Positions 17,865 through 27,795 of a stretch of DNA of 32,000 bases are shown in pieces. The position numbers were made by a program, and so were the translations under genes. The notes below the pieces were generated by a model. The model was not told where the DNA came from and did not search any database. It saw only the letters and a program-made list of their open reading frames with translations. The first letter of the stretch is position 1; each line of letters begins with the position of its first letter. Source of the DNA: Candidatus Helarchaeota ASGARD archaeon Hel_GB_B (GTDB lineage Archaea; Asgardarchaeota; Lokiarchaeia; Helarchaeales; HEL-GB-B); NCBI GenBank assembly GCA_005191425.1, contig SUPR01000030.1, positions 1 to 32,000 of the forward strand, given 5' to 3'.

Positions 17865-18989
17865 ATGACATTTGGAACCGATAATATATGGACAATGGTA
17901 TATAATGCTATTTTTCTTTTAGTTATAATAATATTTTCATTATATGGACAAAAATTACAGAGTCTTTTTTGGTTGCAATCGATAAAGAATGCTGTAGAAG
18001 AATTAAAATCAATGACATTAAAAGCTAGGGATTTACTTGTAGAAAAAATAAAGGAAATAGGGAAACCAAAAAAAGATCCAAAAGCAGCAGTAAATTCTTT
18101 TCTGGAATTTTTCACAGTTACACCGGTAGATTTAGACCCCGCAGGAGTTATTCAAAGGTTAGAGCATGTATTAGATGTCAGAAAAAATCGTTGGGAAGAG
18201 CAAGTAAAACAGATGGCGCCAGAAGCTAATGAGGTATATGCGGCAAATATTGAGAATGCATTAGAAGCTGCACTTGGGCTCCATCAAATTTTTAAAACTG
18301 TAAGGCATTATTATATTTTAGGTAAAAAGTCAAAAAGCCTAATGGTGATTATGCAGATTCAGATGCAGTTGTCATTAATAATGCAACAAGCTAAAGCAGT
18401 AGAAAATGCTTTAAATGCCTTTATAGAAGGTAAGCCTATTGGTGATAGCGTAGGGCCTTTAGTAGTAACTAAATTGGTCCAAAATTATGGCTCTGAAGGT
18501 AATCCCGTTAAGAAAATTGAAGACTATACAAAAGAAATAAATCTTTATGAATTAAACATTGAGGGCAGAAATGCATTTATTATAAGAGCAAAGGGGCCAG
18601 GTGCAACAGTAGGAAAGCCGGGTGAAGCAATTAAAAAACTATTAAATGAGAAAAAAAATATTTCAAGGTTATTTATGGTGGATGCTGGGTTGAAATTAGA
18701 AGGAGAGAAAACAGGTGCGGTAATTGAAGGTGTAGGTGCGGTAATTGGTGGTTTTGGAGTAGAAAAATACAAAATAGAAGAAGCAGCTGGAGTAAAAAAC
18801 AAATTACCAATGGACGGGTATGTAATAAAAGAATCAATTGAGGATGCTTATGGTCCAATGAAAAAAGAGATTGCTGATGGTGCCGATAAAGCCGTAAAAT
18901 TATTGATCCAAGGAATAAAAGAACGAACTTTAGAGAACGACAATATTATAATTGCTGGAATTGGAAATTGTTGCGGTATAGGCGATTAA
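17865..18989 (+). CDS. DUF1512 family protein (conserved archaeal, N-terminal TM)
   Basis: PVDLDPAGVIQRLEHVL, GDSVGPLV, GPGATVGKPG, MVDAGLKLEGEKTG.V.EGVG.VIGG.G.EKYKIE. Confidence 0.85.
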   Translation: MTFGTDNIWTMVYNAIFLLVIIIFSLYGQKLQSLFWLQSIKNAVEELKSMTLKARDLLVEKIKEIGKPKKDPKAAVNSFLEFFTVTPVDLDPAGVIQRLEHVLDVRKNRWEEQVKQMAPEANEVYAANIENALEAALGLHQIFKTVRHYYILGKKSKSLMVIMQIQMQLSLIMQQAKAVENALNAFIEGKPIGDSVGPLVVTKLVQNYGSEGNPVKKIEDYTKEINLYELNIEGRNAFIIRAKGPGATVGKPGEAIKKLLNEKKNISRLFMVDAGLKLEGEKTGAVIEGVGAVIGGFGVEKYKIEEAAGVKNKLPMDGYVIKESIEDAYGPMKKEIADGADKAVKLLIQGIKERTLENDNIIIAGIGNCCGIGD

Positions 18990-19005
18990 GTTAGGGTGTA
19001 GGTTC

Positions 19006-19404
19006 TTGTCTGAAGAGAAAAATGTTAAATTATCATCAAGAATTTTAAAAGCATTAGGATTATTCCTAATGATTGTTTTTGTTATTATAATGTATATTGG
19101 GTTTATTTCAAACCCTATGGATTTAAACCTAATAATTTTAGGAATGAGTGGGCTATTTATAAGCGTACTTCTACAATCTCTAGCGGCAAAAGGTGTTGTT
19201 AAGCCAGAATTTGTTATGATATCAGAAATTAAATGTTCAAGTCCAAAATGCGACTTCCATAAATTTCGGTTGTTCAAGGAAGGAGATTATGTATATAAAA
19301 AGTTTGGCGTTTGTGAGAAATGTTCAACGGGTAAAATGTTAATACAAAACATTATCCAAATGAATGAAAAGGAATTTAAAAAGATTATTTCAAATCCGAA
19401 ATAA
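19006..19404 (+). CDS. Two-TM membrane protein with a C-terminal Zn ribbon
   Basis: Two hydrophobic helices, then CSSPKC...CEKC and FKEGDYVYK; TTG start 16 bp after the DUF1512 stop. Confidence 0.75.
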   Translation: MSEEKNVKLSSRILKALGLFLMIVFVIIMYIGFISNPMDLNLIILGMSGLFISVLLQSLAAKGVVKPEFVMISEIKCSSPKCDFHKFRLFKEGDYVYKKFGVCEKCSTGKMLIQNIIQMNEKEFKKIISNPK

Positions 19405-19416
19405 ATTGAAAAATAT

Positions 19417-19899
19417 TTAATTGGACGATTTTTTTATAATATTACCTTTCCTATCTATTTCTCCAGCTCTTATTCTTGTTGAGGATATTGGTATTTTGTC
19501 TTTTGAGTATAAAAGAGGGATAACAATAATTACTAACGGGACAAGTCCTTTTTTAGTCCTAATTTCATTAATTTTTAAAGCTCCTTGATAAGTATCAGTA
19601 CTTACGACAATAGCATCTTGGTCTTTATCGGTAATTGCGGTGCCAAAATTATCTTTAAGAGTGGTAATAATTGCTCTTTCATATAAATTATTTTTTTTCA
19701 AATAAGAGATCAAGTTATTCTTTCTAATTTTAAAAACAGGGATCTTATTTGAGTATTTTTTATTTTTTATCATGTCGTCAATAGTAATTGCAATAACAAC
19801 TTTTTCTCCCAAATCAAACGCTGTTTTAAGTAATTTTTCATGTCCAATATGGAACTGAGAAAATGTGCCTGCCACTCCTACTCTATTAAATGGTCTCAT
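19417..19899 (-). CDS. coaD: Archaeal phosphopantetheine adenylyltransferase
   Basis: GTFSQFHIGH (HxGH), DNFGTA, AIVVSTDT...A.KINEIR.KKGL.PL, ISSTRIR.GEID. The ORF track starts at 19932; ATG 19899 is preferred. Confidence 0.9.
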   Translation of the reverse strand: MRPFNRVGVAGTFSQFHIGHEKLLKTAFDLGEKVVIAITIDDMIKNKKYSNKIPVFKIRKNNLISYLKKNNLYERAIITTLKDNFGTAITDKDQDAIVVSTDTYQGALKINEIRTKKGLVPLVIIVIPLLYSKDKIPISSTRIRAGEIDRKGNIIKKSSN

Positions 19900-20000
19900 C
19901 TTAATTTCATACCAGTAAATGGACGGAAGCAATCAAGATAAAAGAAAATAAATTAAAATCAGTATATGTTACTATGGACTACTCTGATAAAAAAAAGAGA

Positions 20001-20468
20001 TTAAATATTATCCAAATCGCCCAAGGCTGATTTTAAATCTTCTTCTTCATCACTTAGAGCTCCACTTTCAAATGGTGGTTGTTCGCCTAAGAATTCGCTC
20101 AATACTTTCTCTAGTTCAGATGAAGCGGATTTCATTACTAATCTAATCATCCCAATGTTTACGTCTTTATCACTGATTAAACATAAAACGCCTGACCCAC
20201 ATGATGCTGCGAAAATTTTGCCATCATCGAATTCAGAGGTTACTATATTTAAATTTCCAATATCCAATGACCTACCCTGTTCTTCACTAGCACAAAATAC
20301 GGCTGAAGCAATAGCTCCGATCCCATCAACGTCCACGGGATAATAGGAAAATTTAGAAACATGAGCTATTGTTAATCCCGTCCTATCTGCTAAGATAACT
20401 TTTTTGATACCCGGTTCGCTCTTTATAATTCTCGCGAGAATTTTATCGAACGCTTTTACATCCATCAT
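20001..20468 (-). CDS. Roadblock/LC7 (MglB-like) domain protein with an acidic C-terminal tail
   Basis: VILADRTGLTIA, DGIGAIASAVF..SE.QG..L.IG.L....SEF..GKIF; tail SDEEEDLKSALGDLDNI. Confidence 0.85.
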   Translation of the reverse strand: MMDVKAFDKILARIIKSEPGIKKVILADRTGLTIAHVSKFSYYPVDVDGIGAIASAVFCASEEQGRSLDIGNLNIVTSEFDDGKIFAASCGSGVLCLISDKDVNIGMIRLVMKSASSELEKVLSEFLGEQPPFESGALSDEEEDLKSALGDLDNI

Positions 20469-20717
20469 TTATGAAACACCAAATTATGAAATTCATAAAA
20501 CATATTTTAACAATCATTTATGAGTGTTATGTTGATTAATAATTTAATTATTATAATTTATTGAGTTATATTAAACTTTTTAATTTTTTTATTTTTCTTA
20601 AATGATCGATTTTTAGTCGATTTTGGTAAGTTTAAAAGTTTACGAGGCAATGAGGGAAGATATTTAAGCTAAAATTTTATATATAAATGAATAATATGGA
20701 ACGGAATTGGAACATTG

Positions 20718-23700
20718 CTAATCTTCAATAATTTTGTAATAACCTTCTTTTGGTTGATAAAGTACGCCATGCATTCTAAGAGTATTTAATTCTGATTCGA
20801 CTTGTTCTTCCGAAATTCTAAGCCTACTGGCAGCTTCTTTAATCTCTTCAATCGAAACAGCTTGACCACCTTTTCTTTCTGTTAATTCTCGAATTAATTG
20901 ATTAATTTGGTCTAAACGTCTTCTATGAGTAGTAGTGATACCCGTTTCTATTGCATCGATATCTGAGACACCAGTCTCCTGGTCAATCCCAACCTGTCCT
21001 AAAGAATAAGTCATTAATTGGATCACTGATTGAGCATCTTCAGCAGTTACTTCTTCATGTAATAAAACTTTAGCTCTTGCTTCAGCAAGTCGTATTAATG
21101 CCTCTAAATATCGAGCTGTAATCGGAATTGGTGTCTCTGGATCTGCGCCCGCAATTCGAGTTTGTAAATAAAACTGTTTAATTACTTCTATTGCTTCTTT
21201 GGTTATTCGAGGTTTACAATTTTTCTTAGCATAATAGATATAATTTTTTAAAAGTTCATGATCAATTGGTGGTTCTTGGGGTGTTTCTTCAGAACTTAAT
21301 ATAAAATTTGCCATTCGTTCATCATTTGTAGGACTTGGTTGGTCCCTAATTAAAAATATTAAATCAAATCTCGATAAAATAGTCGGCGGTAATTTCTTAA
21401 TATTCTCCGCAACTGTTTTATATGGGTCATATCTACCTTGAAATGGGTTGGCTGCAGCTAGAATTGACGTCCTTGAATTTAACGTAGCTATTATTCCTGC
21501 TTTTGCTATACTGACCGTATTGTGCAATATGACACCGTGGCTAACAAAATTATGATTTGGTTCAATAGTTATATCATATACCCAAGGAGTAAAATATTCT
21601 TCTTCATTTTTAATTTTCTGAATATCAACAATTTTCAGAAATTTTATGTCTGATTTTATTAACTTTTGGACTGACTTTACTGAACCAATGGTTTTTTCGA
21701 TTTTTTTAATTAAAATATCGATGTTGTCCTTATTTAAACAATTGTCATTATTTTGGTTAATATTCTCAATTAATTCCGAATTTGGGATTAAGTTATTAAC
21801 TATTAATGAAATTTCTGGTTTCAAATTTAAATATGAACTGGATGAATAAGGTGTATTCAAAAGTTTTTTGAGTTTTTGCTGGATTTTGTAGAGTTTATTA
21901 ACTGCCTCGTTTAATAATTTTAGAGCTAGCTCTTTTGTCATTTTAGGCTTGTTTATACCAGTAAATTTAGATAGTGTAGATGAATTTGAACAGATTTTTT
22001 CAGTAATTTTTGTGATTAAATTTTCAATAGGGACGGGAATTGTATCATATTTAAATTGGTCATAGAAAATATCTTTTAAAGCTGGAGTTTGAGGCTCTTT
22101 CTGGTCGAACTGAAGAAATATTTCCTGGACAAATTTTTGAAGTGAGCATGGCGATATAAACAGTTTATGTCTTCTGTTCTCAAATTTGATATAGCTTGAA
22201 ATACCTAATTTTAATAATAAATCTTGCAAATCTTCGCAAATTACTTTTTTCTGACACACAAAGTATATTTTTTGCTCAAAAATTTCTCCAATAGTCCTAA
22301 AAGTAGCGGTTAAAAAAGATTTGGCTATTTCTTTACTTGCACCCAGTATTTTTGATGGGACACGTTTATTATTATTATCCATTAATTCAGGAAAATTTAT
22401 TTTGAACCAGTAATAGAGGTCATAAGAGTCATAATAGACTACTGTATAGTCAATCAGATTTAATTTCTGAATTGGTATTATTCCAAATAAATCATTTAAA
22501 AGCCGGGCGACCTCATTTATTATATTTTTAGATAAATTTGAAAACTGAATTTGAGTTGAAATATCTGAATTTAAATTACCAGAAGTGAAAAAATGTCCAA
22601 CAAGTTCAGCTACCTCTAATGTTAGGAGATTTGGCTCTTTTTTTACCTGTAATTTAGTTATAAAATTATGGTCTAACGCAATTGGTTTCGTAGAATTAGG
22701 TAAATAACGAGGGGCTGGTATATAATCACCTATTGAGCAATTTTCTGCTTTAACACAGTCTATATTGAGTCCATTTAATTTAAATACAGGGTGTTCTGGA
22801 GTAACAATTATTGACCTACCATTTGAAAATTCTATCTTGTAAAAATTGCTTGGAGCTATATGTCGGCTTAATCTATTTATCCTACTTTTATAAATTTGTT
22901 CAAAATCTGTAGTATATAGTCCTATATCTTGAAATGGAAGTATTTCACAATTAATACCTTTGACCACTTCTTTTGGACGCGATTCAATTGCGTCATCAAT
23001 GAATTCGCCAATTTTAATTTTTCTTCCGTCAATAAGTAAAATTTCAGTATTTGGGTGGAAACATAGTTGTTCCATGGACTCATGAATAGAAATACGATCT
23101 TCGGGCCTCATTTTATCAAATTCATCAATGGCAGCCAGACCTTGATCTGCTAATACGAGTACTCCTGCTTCAAGTGAGAGATTTCCTGTATCTTTATCTC
23201 TTAATACGCTCGCGGTTAAGCCAGCCGCACTTGTACCTTTACCACTTGTATATATCCCTCTTGGTGCTATTAATGCTGCACTTTTTAGGATTTGACTATT
23301 ATGGAAAATTACATGACCATTGGCAAGGATAAAATGGTTATTCTCAGTCCCTATATCATATACATATTCAAACTCATTTTCTAATTTAGTTATTGAAATA
23401 ATTTTGTCCCAAAAAACATTTTTGTTTATTGAAGTTCCTAAAATCTTGGCATCTTGATACTTTTTATTTAAGTTATGAGTACATCTCTTTAAAGCCAGGA
23501 TTGTTCCTAGACATTCGGATAATACTTTTTGATTATTAAAATCAAGTAATTTAGGTTGAATAAATCTTTGAGGGATGGTACCTAAAGAAATACCCGTTCT
23601 ATTTATTTCCGTGTCTAATAGATTAAGCTTATTATAAGAATAGACATGGTGTTCCCGCTTTACTCTCAAATATAAATTTTTTTGTTCTTTATTATTTATA

Positions 23701-25760
23701 AAATAACATAATTTAAAAAATTTGACCAAGTCGCTTTTTAATATTAATAATTTATAGTCAATAACATTATTTCTTTTATGTGATTTTGTACTGACTTTAA
23801 TAATACTCTGTATTCCAAGTAAATTTAATAAATCTCTTAAATTTAACAATAATCTTTTTGATTTTGATCGGATTCCAAGTACATTTCTCTTGTTTATTTT
23901 ACTTTTTCCTGAGAAATAACCTGAAATAAATCCCTGTAAGAAGGGTCTAGGTGCATAGAAAAAGAGTTCTGGAACGCTTTTAACACCATTAAAATAAAAA
24001 AGTTTCTTGAATACCTCCCTAATAACAACGGAACGATATTTTATAATGTTTTTGTACGTAGTATAACTTTTGAAATTTAGTTTAAAATCTTTTTCTAATT
24101 GTATTTTAATATCTTCATCGAAATATGATATGCTTATGCCATCCTTTTCTATCCGGCCATTTGCTAAAAATAATCCAAAAATTCTGCCCAGTGATTCAGT
24201 TAAACATAATTTGTCCAAGTCAATATTTTTTTGATTTCCTCTTAAAGTCCTATTTTTTTTATAATTAATTAAATTTTCAAGCTGATTTGTTCTTTTATTT
24301 AAGAGATCGGAAATTTCAATTAATTTGACTTCTTTAAAGGAGTCAATTTTCCTTGATATTGGTAAATAATCACCTAATTCAAGGTCAGACATATTTCTTA
24401 ATATTAACTTACCATTTTTTAAAGTAGTAAATGAATGGTTACCTGTCGCCTTAATTATAATACCTGATTGAAGTTTAATTTCATAAATTTCTAAACTTTT
24501 ATGTCTGCTTACTTCTAATATCTTGGAAATTTCTGGTCTAAAATAATCAAAATTAAATGATTGAGTATAAAAATCTTCTAGTCCTTTTAAGTCTAAAATT
24601 TCAGTGTCTTTATATTTAATTATTCGATTTTTATATTTACTTAATAAAGTGTCAACAAAATTACCGATTTTGTATTTTATTTTCCAATCATCAAGGGAAT
24701 TATTATAGAGGTAAATTTCTTCATTATAATGGACACTCTTACCAACTCCTGGATCGCCTACTAAAAGGACATGGATTTGACCTCTTCTTGTGGTGCCATC
24801 TTTTCTCAACCTAGATACACCCGAAAAAAGTTGTAATAAAACTGCCTCCTTAATTTCTTCAAGTCCATAAATTGAAGGTGCCACTGATTTAATTAATTTA
24901 CGGTATACCCACGGGTCATTTGCTAGTTGTTTTATTTCTTCTTCTTGTTCCGCCGTAATCTGTAAATTTTCTATTTCAACTTCTTGTTTCTCGATGTGAT
25001 TGATATCTATAAAGGTTTTAAAAATAGTTAATTTTCCTTGTTGAGATGATTCTTGCTTCGCTTTCAAAATTCCAACGATATTAACTCTATCGCCTGGCCT
25101 TGCTAAATCGACAATATCTTCTAATAAATAACCGTCCATAAATCTGGGCATTTGTCCAGGAGGTAGTTCTTCAGGTTTTTCTTGAACCCGGATTTTCTGC
25201 CAATCAATGTATGTAGATCGTTCTAATAACAATTTAAATGGGCCCTTTTTATTACATTGTGGACAAATTAATGGTTTTGTAAATTCATTATCTTCTTGGT
25301 CAACAGGAATTATTGCTTCATTACAACTTAAACACTTGAATACCCCTCGTATCATTAATGGGACTACTTTATTAACTCTTGTTAAAATACCACTTATTTG
25401 GATCAATTTGCCGATGTGATTTGCCCTAATTTTTCGCAGATTAATTCTATTGGTAGGTTCAAGATTTCTAAACCTAGCATGAAATTTGTCTACCTGGTAC
25501 GCATATTCTTCGCTAATTATTCTCAATCTGTGCTTTATCGCAAGTGATGCCATTTCAATATAAAATTCAGGAGATTCTAACAACTTTCTTGCCAATTCCG
25601 AATCAAATCTCAATAAATCATCATAATCAATTGTAAGCGAGATACTTGCACTTAATTCCATTTGTCCTATCATATCATCATATTTTCTAGAACCATTTTC
25701 ATCTATATAATCGCTAAAAAATGTTTCAAATCTGGCTACAATATCGGCAGAATCTTCCAT
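20718..25760 (-). CDS. mcm: MCM replicative helicase precursor with two inteins (685 aa after splicing)
   Basis: Zn finger CLSC..CPQC, Walker A GDPGVGK/SQ, Walker B IDEFDKM, AAANP, arginine finger LSRFDL, C-terminal winged helix; SD-like GAGGT at 25769-25773. Confidence 0.97.
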   Translation of the reverse strand: MEDSADIVARFETFFSDYIDENGSRKYDDMIGQMELSASISLTIDYDDLLRFDSELARKLLESPEFYIEMASLAIKHRLRIISEEYAYQVDKFHARFRNLEPTNRINLRKIRANHIGKLIQISGILTRVNKVVPLMIRGVFKCLSCNEAIIPVDQEDNEFTKPLICPQCNKKGPFKLLLERSTYIDWQKIRVQEKPEELPPGQMPRFMDGYLLEDIVDLARPGDRVNIVGILKAKQESSQQGKLTIFKTFIDINHIEKQEVEIENLQITAEQEEEIKQLANDPWVYRKLIKSVAPSIYGLEEIKEAVLLQLFSGVSRLRKDGTTRRGQIHVLLVGDPGVGKSVHYNEEIYLYNNSLDDWKIKYKIGNFVDTLLSKYKNRIIKYKDTEILDLKGLEDFYTQSFNFDYFRPEISKILEVSRHKSLEIYEIKLQSGIIIKATGNHSFTTLKNGKLILRNMSDLELGDYLPISRKIDSFKEVKLIEISDLLNKRTNQLENLINYKKNRTLRGNQKNIDLDKLCLTESLGRIFGLFLANGRIEKDGISISYFDEDIKIQLEKDFKLNFKSYTTYKNIIKYRSVVIREVFKKLFYFNGVKSVPELFFYAPRPFLQGFISGYFSGKSKINKRNVLGIRSKSKRLLLNLRDLLNLLGIQSIIKVSTKSHKRNNVIDYKLLILKSDLVKFFKLCYFINNKEQKNLYLRVKREHHVYSYNKLNLLDTEINRTGISLGTIPQRFIQPKLLDFNNQKVLSECLGTILALKRCTHNLNKKYQDAKILGTSINKNVFWDKIISITKLENEFEYVYDIGTENNHFILANGHVIFHNSQILKSAALIAPRGIYTSGKGTSAAGLTASVLRDKDTGNLSLEAGVLVLADQGLAAIDEFDKMRPEDRISIHESMEQLCFHPNTEILLIDGRKIKIGEFIDDAIESRPKEVVKGINCEILPFQDIGLYTTDFEQIYKSRINRLSRHIAPSNFYKIEFSNGRSIIVTPEHPVFKLNGLNIDCVKAENCSIGDYIPAPRYLPNSTKPIALDHNFITKLQVKKEPNLLTLEVAELVGHFFTSGNLNSDISTQIQFSNLSKNIINEVARLLNDLFGIIPIQKLNLIDYTVVYYDSYDLYYWFKINFPELMDNNNKRVPSKILGASKEIAKSFLTATFRTIGEIFEQKIYFVCQKKVICEDLQDLLLKLGISSYIKFENRRHKLFISPCSLQKFVQEIFLQFDQKEPQTPALKDIFYDQFKYDTIPVPIENLITKITEKICSNSSTLSKFTGINKPKMTKELALKLLNEAVNKLYKIQQKLKKLLNTPYSSSSYLNLKPEISLIVNNLIPNSELIENINQNNDNCLNKDNIDILIKKIEKTIGSVKSVQKLIKSDIKFLKIVDIQKIKNEEEYFTPWVYDITIEPNHNFVSHGVILHNTVSIAKAGIIATLNSRTSILAAANPFQGRYDPYKTVAENIKKLPPTILSRFDLIFLIRDQPSPTNDERMANFILSSEETPQEPPIDHELLKNYIYYAKKNCKPRITKEAIEVIKQFYLQTRIAGADPETPIPITARYLEALIRLAEARAKVLLHEEVTAEDAQSVIQLMTYSLGQVGIDQETGVSDIDAIETGITTTHRRRLDQINQLIRELTERKGGQAVSIEEIKEAASRLRISEEQVESELNTLRMHGVLYQPKEGYYKIIED
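21519..23063 (-). mobile_element. MCM intein 2 (515 aa) with a degenerate LAGLIDADG homing endonuclease
   Basis: Begins CFHPNTE after MEQL and ends VYDITIEPNHNFVSHGVILHN before TVSIAKAG; block B TPEHPVF. Confidence 0.93.
23298..24737 (-). mobile_element. MCM intein 1 (480 aa, Ser-initiated) in the Walker A motif, with a degenerate LAGLIDADG homing endonuclease
   Basis: Begins SVHYNEE after GDPGVGK and ends VYDIGTENNHFILANGHVIFHN before SQIL; block B TGNHSF. Confidence 0.93.
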
Positions 25761-26503
25761 TTCTCAATACCTCATTTGAACCTTATTGGTTATTCAAAAT
25801 TTAAATAATTTGGAGACTTATTTAAAAATAAAAACTTAAAATTTAGTCTAAAATTAGTTATTTAAGTTATTTTTATTTATTTCTACTTAAATCCATTAAT
25901 GATATACCACAAAATTTTTAATAAACATAGTATATAAAAGAAATTTCGATATAAATTAAAAATTAGAATTTCTATATTTTTAAATTGGACGAATTAGAAT
26001 TTTGTCGATTAAAAAGTATTAATATAATTCATTAAATCATGGACTTAAATTAAAAATTTATAAAATTTTTTATATCCTCATAAATTTTATAGTTTAATCT
26101 TGGCTATTCTTGTATTATAACCAAAATAATTATTTAACAAATAGTTTTTATTGCCCCCAACTTATTAAATTTAAAGTGAACAGTTAAATTTTTTTGCTAC
26201 ATTAAGTGTTTAAGATATTTTTAAATTAAAAATAAAATCGTAAATTTTATGAGTTGTCTGGCTTTTTTAGTAAAAATTTTAACAACCTAATTTTGAAATT
26301 TAACGTCATATAGTGTCTTAAAATGAAATATTAACTTCAAGCTACACATTTTAAATTTAAAAATAAATTTTTTGGTTGCAATAAAATAAATGGTCGCAAG
26401 TACTATTTCAAGAATATTATTGAATAGAATAAAGAACTATCTACTTAATTTTTTGGATGCATTTTCAGTTGATGAACTGAGATCAATCTAAACAATAGAT
26501 TTT

Positions 26504-26857
26504 TTATAATTGTGACGCGTTTTGGATCAATCCTTGGTTTAATTGCTTGGCCACTGAAAGATCAATGTTCGGTATTATCTTTTGGATCTTTTCAATAGTG
26601 CTATTAATCCCTAACTTTTGTAAGTCTTTAAATTGTTTAAACTCTATTTTAGCAACTAATTTCTTTGAACTTGACCCATTTTGAATATATAGCTGTAGTT
26701 TATCTTCCAATGGTTCTACCCAAATTTTTATTTTTTCCTGTTCTTTTTTCATTTCTTTGAATTTATTTTGAAATTTTTCATCGTCTAAAGTAAAAATTTC
26801 ATCATCTTCATCAAAAATCTCTTCGTCTATTGTTTCATTATTTAAATTCACTGTCAT
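26504..26857 (-). CDS. Hypothetical protein with an acidic N-terminus
   Basis: 117 aa ORF with ATG preceded by GAGGA; DEEIFDEDDEIF tract. Confidence 0.65.
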   Translation of the reverse strand: MTVNLNNETIDEEIFDEDDEIFTLDDEKFQNKFKEMKKEQEKIKIWVEPLEDKLQLYIQNGSSSKKLVAKIEFKQFKDLQKLGINSTIEKIQKIIPNIDLSVAKQLNQGLIQNASQL

Positions 26858-27462
26858 TTCCTCATTTAAATTAATTTCTAATTTAAATTTGTTTTAAAAT
26901 ATAGCATTAAAAAATTGTTTCCAATATTTTTCACTAGCAGATTATATAAAAATCTTTCTTCAAATATTTAGCCATTTTAGATGAAATGTATATTTTATGG
27001 GCATAAATATCCATATAATTCTTCAAGTTATGCATGTTATATTCCGTCAAATTTCTAATATGAATTTGAAAATCATATATTATTCTTTTTTTTACTCAAA
27101 CTTAAATTCTTTTTGGAGATTTTTAATTTTGCTTAATTATCGGGTTTTCTCCAATATTTTCAGAATAATTAGATGAATAGAGTAAAATGCTTTTATTTTT
27201 AAATTTTTTGTTTAAAAAATGATTTACTCTTACAAAATTTAATATATTTAATTGACAATAAATTATCAATAATTTAAGGAATAATTTCTTATAATTTTAA
27301 TGGAAATTTTTAGATAAAAATTTAGAGTTAATAATAATTTCTTTTTTATTACTCAATTTTTATTTGGGATTTACAAAACAATTATTTTATAAAACCTATA
27401 AACTAATCCGGGGATTTTTATTGAACCTTCAAAACCCGCCTAATTGATTGATCTTTTAACAA

Positions 27463-27615
27463 TTATTCAGGTGGAAATAATATTTTATATGCCTCTTTAT
27501 ATGTTAAATTAAATTCTTTAGCCACTAATTTTATAGCAGTTTTGAAGTCATTAGACTTTAGATATTCGTTAAATTTCAAAAGACATTTATTCCAAAATTC
27601 TTTATTTTTCTCCAT
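27463..27615 (-). CDS. Small 50 aa protein, possible HTH (not in the ORF track)
   Basis: Translated by hand: MEKNKEFWNKCLLKFNEYLKSNDFKTAIKLVAKEFNLTYKEAYKILFPPE*; amphipathic helices with an AIKLVAKEFNL..KEAY HTH-like pattern. Confidence 0.45.
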   Translation of the reverse strand: MEKNKEFWNKCLLKFNEYLKSNDFKTAIKLVAKEFNLTYKEAYKILFPPE

Positions 27616-27795
27616 ATTCTAACTCATCATATCTCATTTTTCTTTTATACATGAAGTAAACATTAATTTAATAAAAATATAAAATATGTTAAATTATTTT
27701 ATAAAATATGTTTAAATTATTTTTATTATAAGAAAATCTTTATTTTAGAATTATTATAAGTAGCTATCAATTGTATATTATTGGTGTAAATTAAC

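Noticed and set aside
26860-27060. Possible frameshifted gene upstream of the 117 aa ORF
   Set aside because: Short protein-like stretches in different frames, with no recognisable family.
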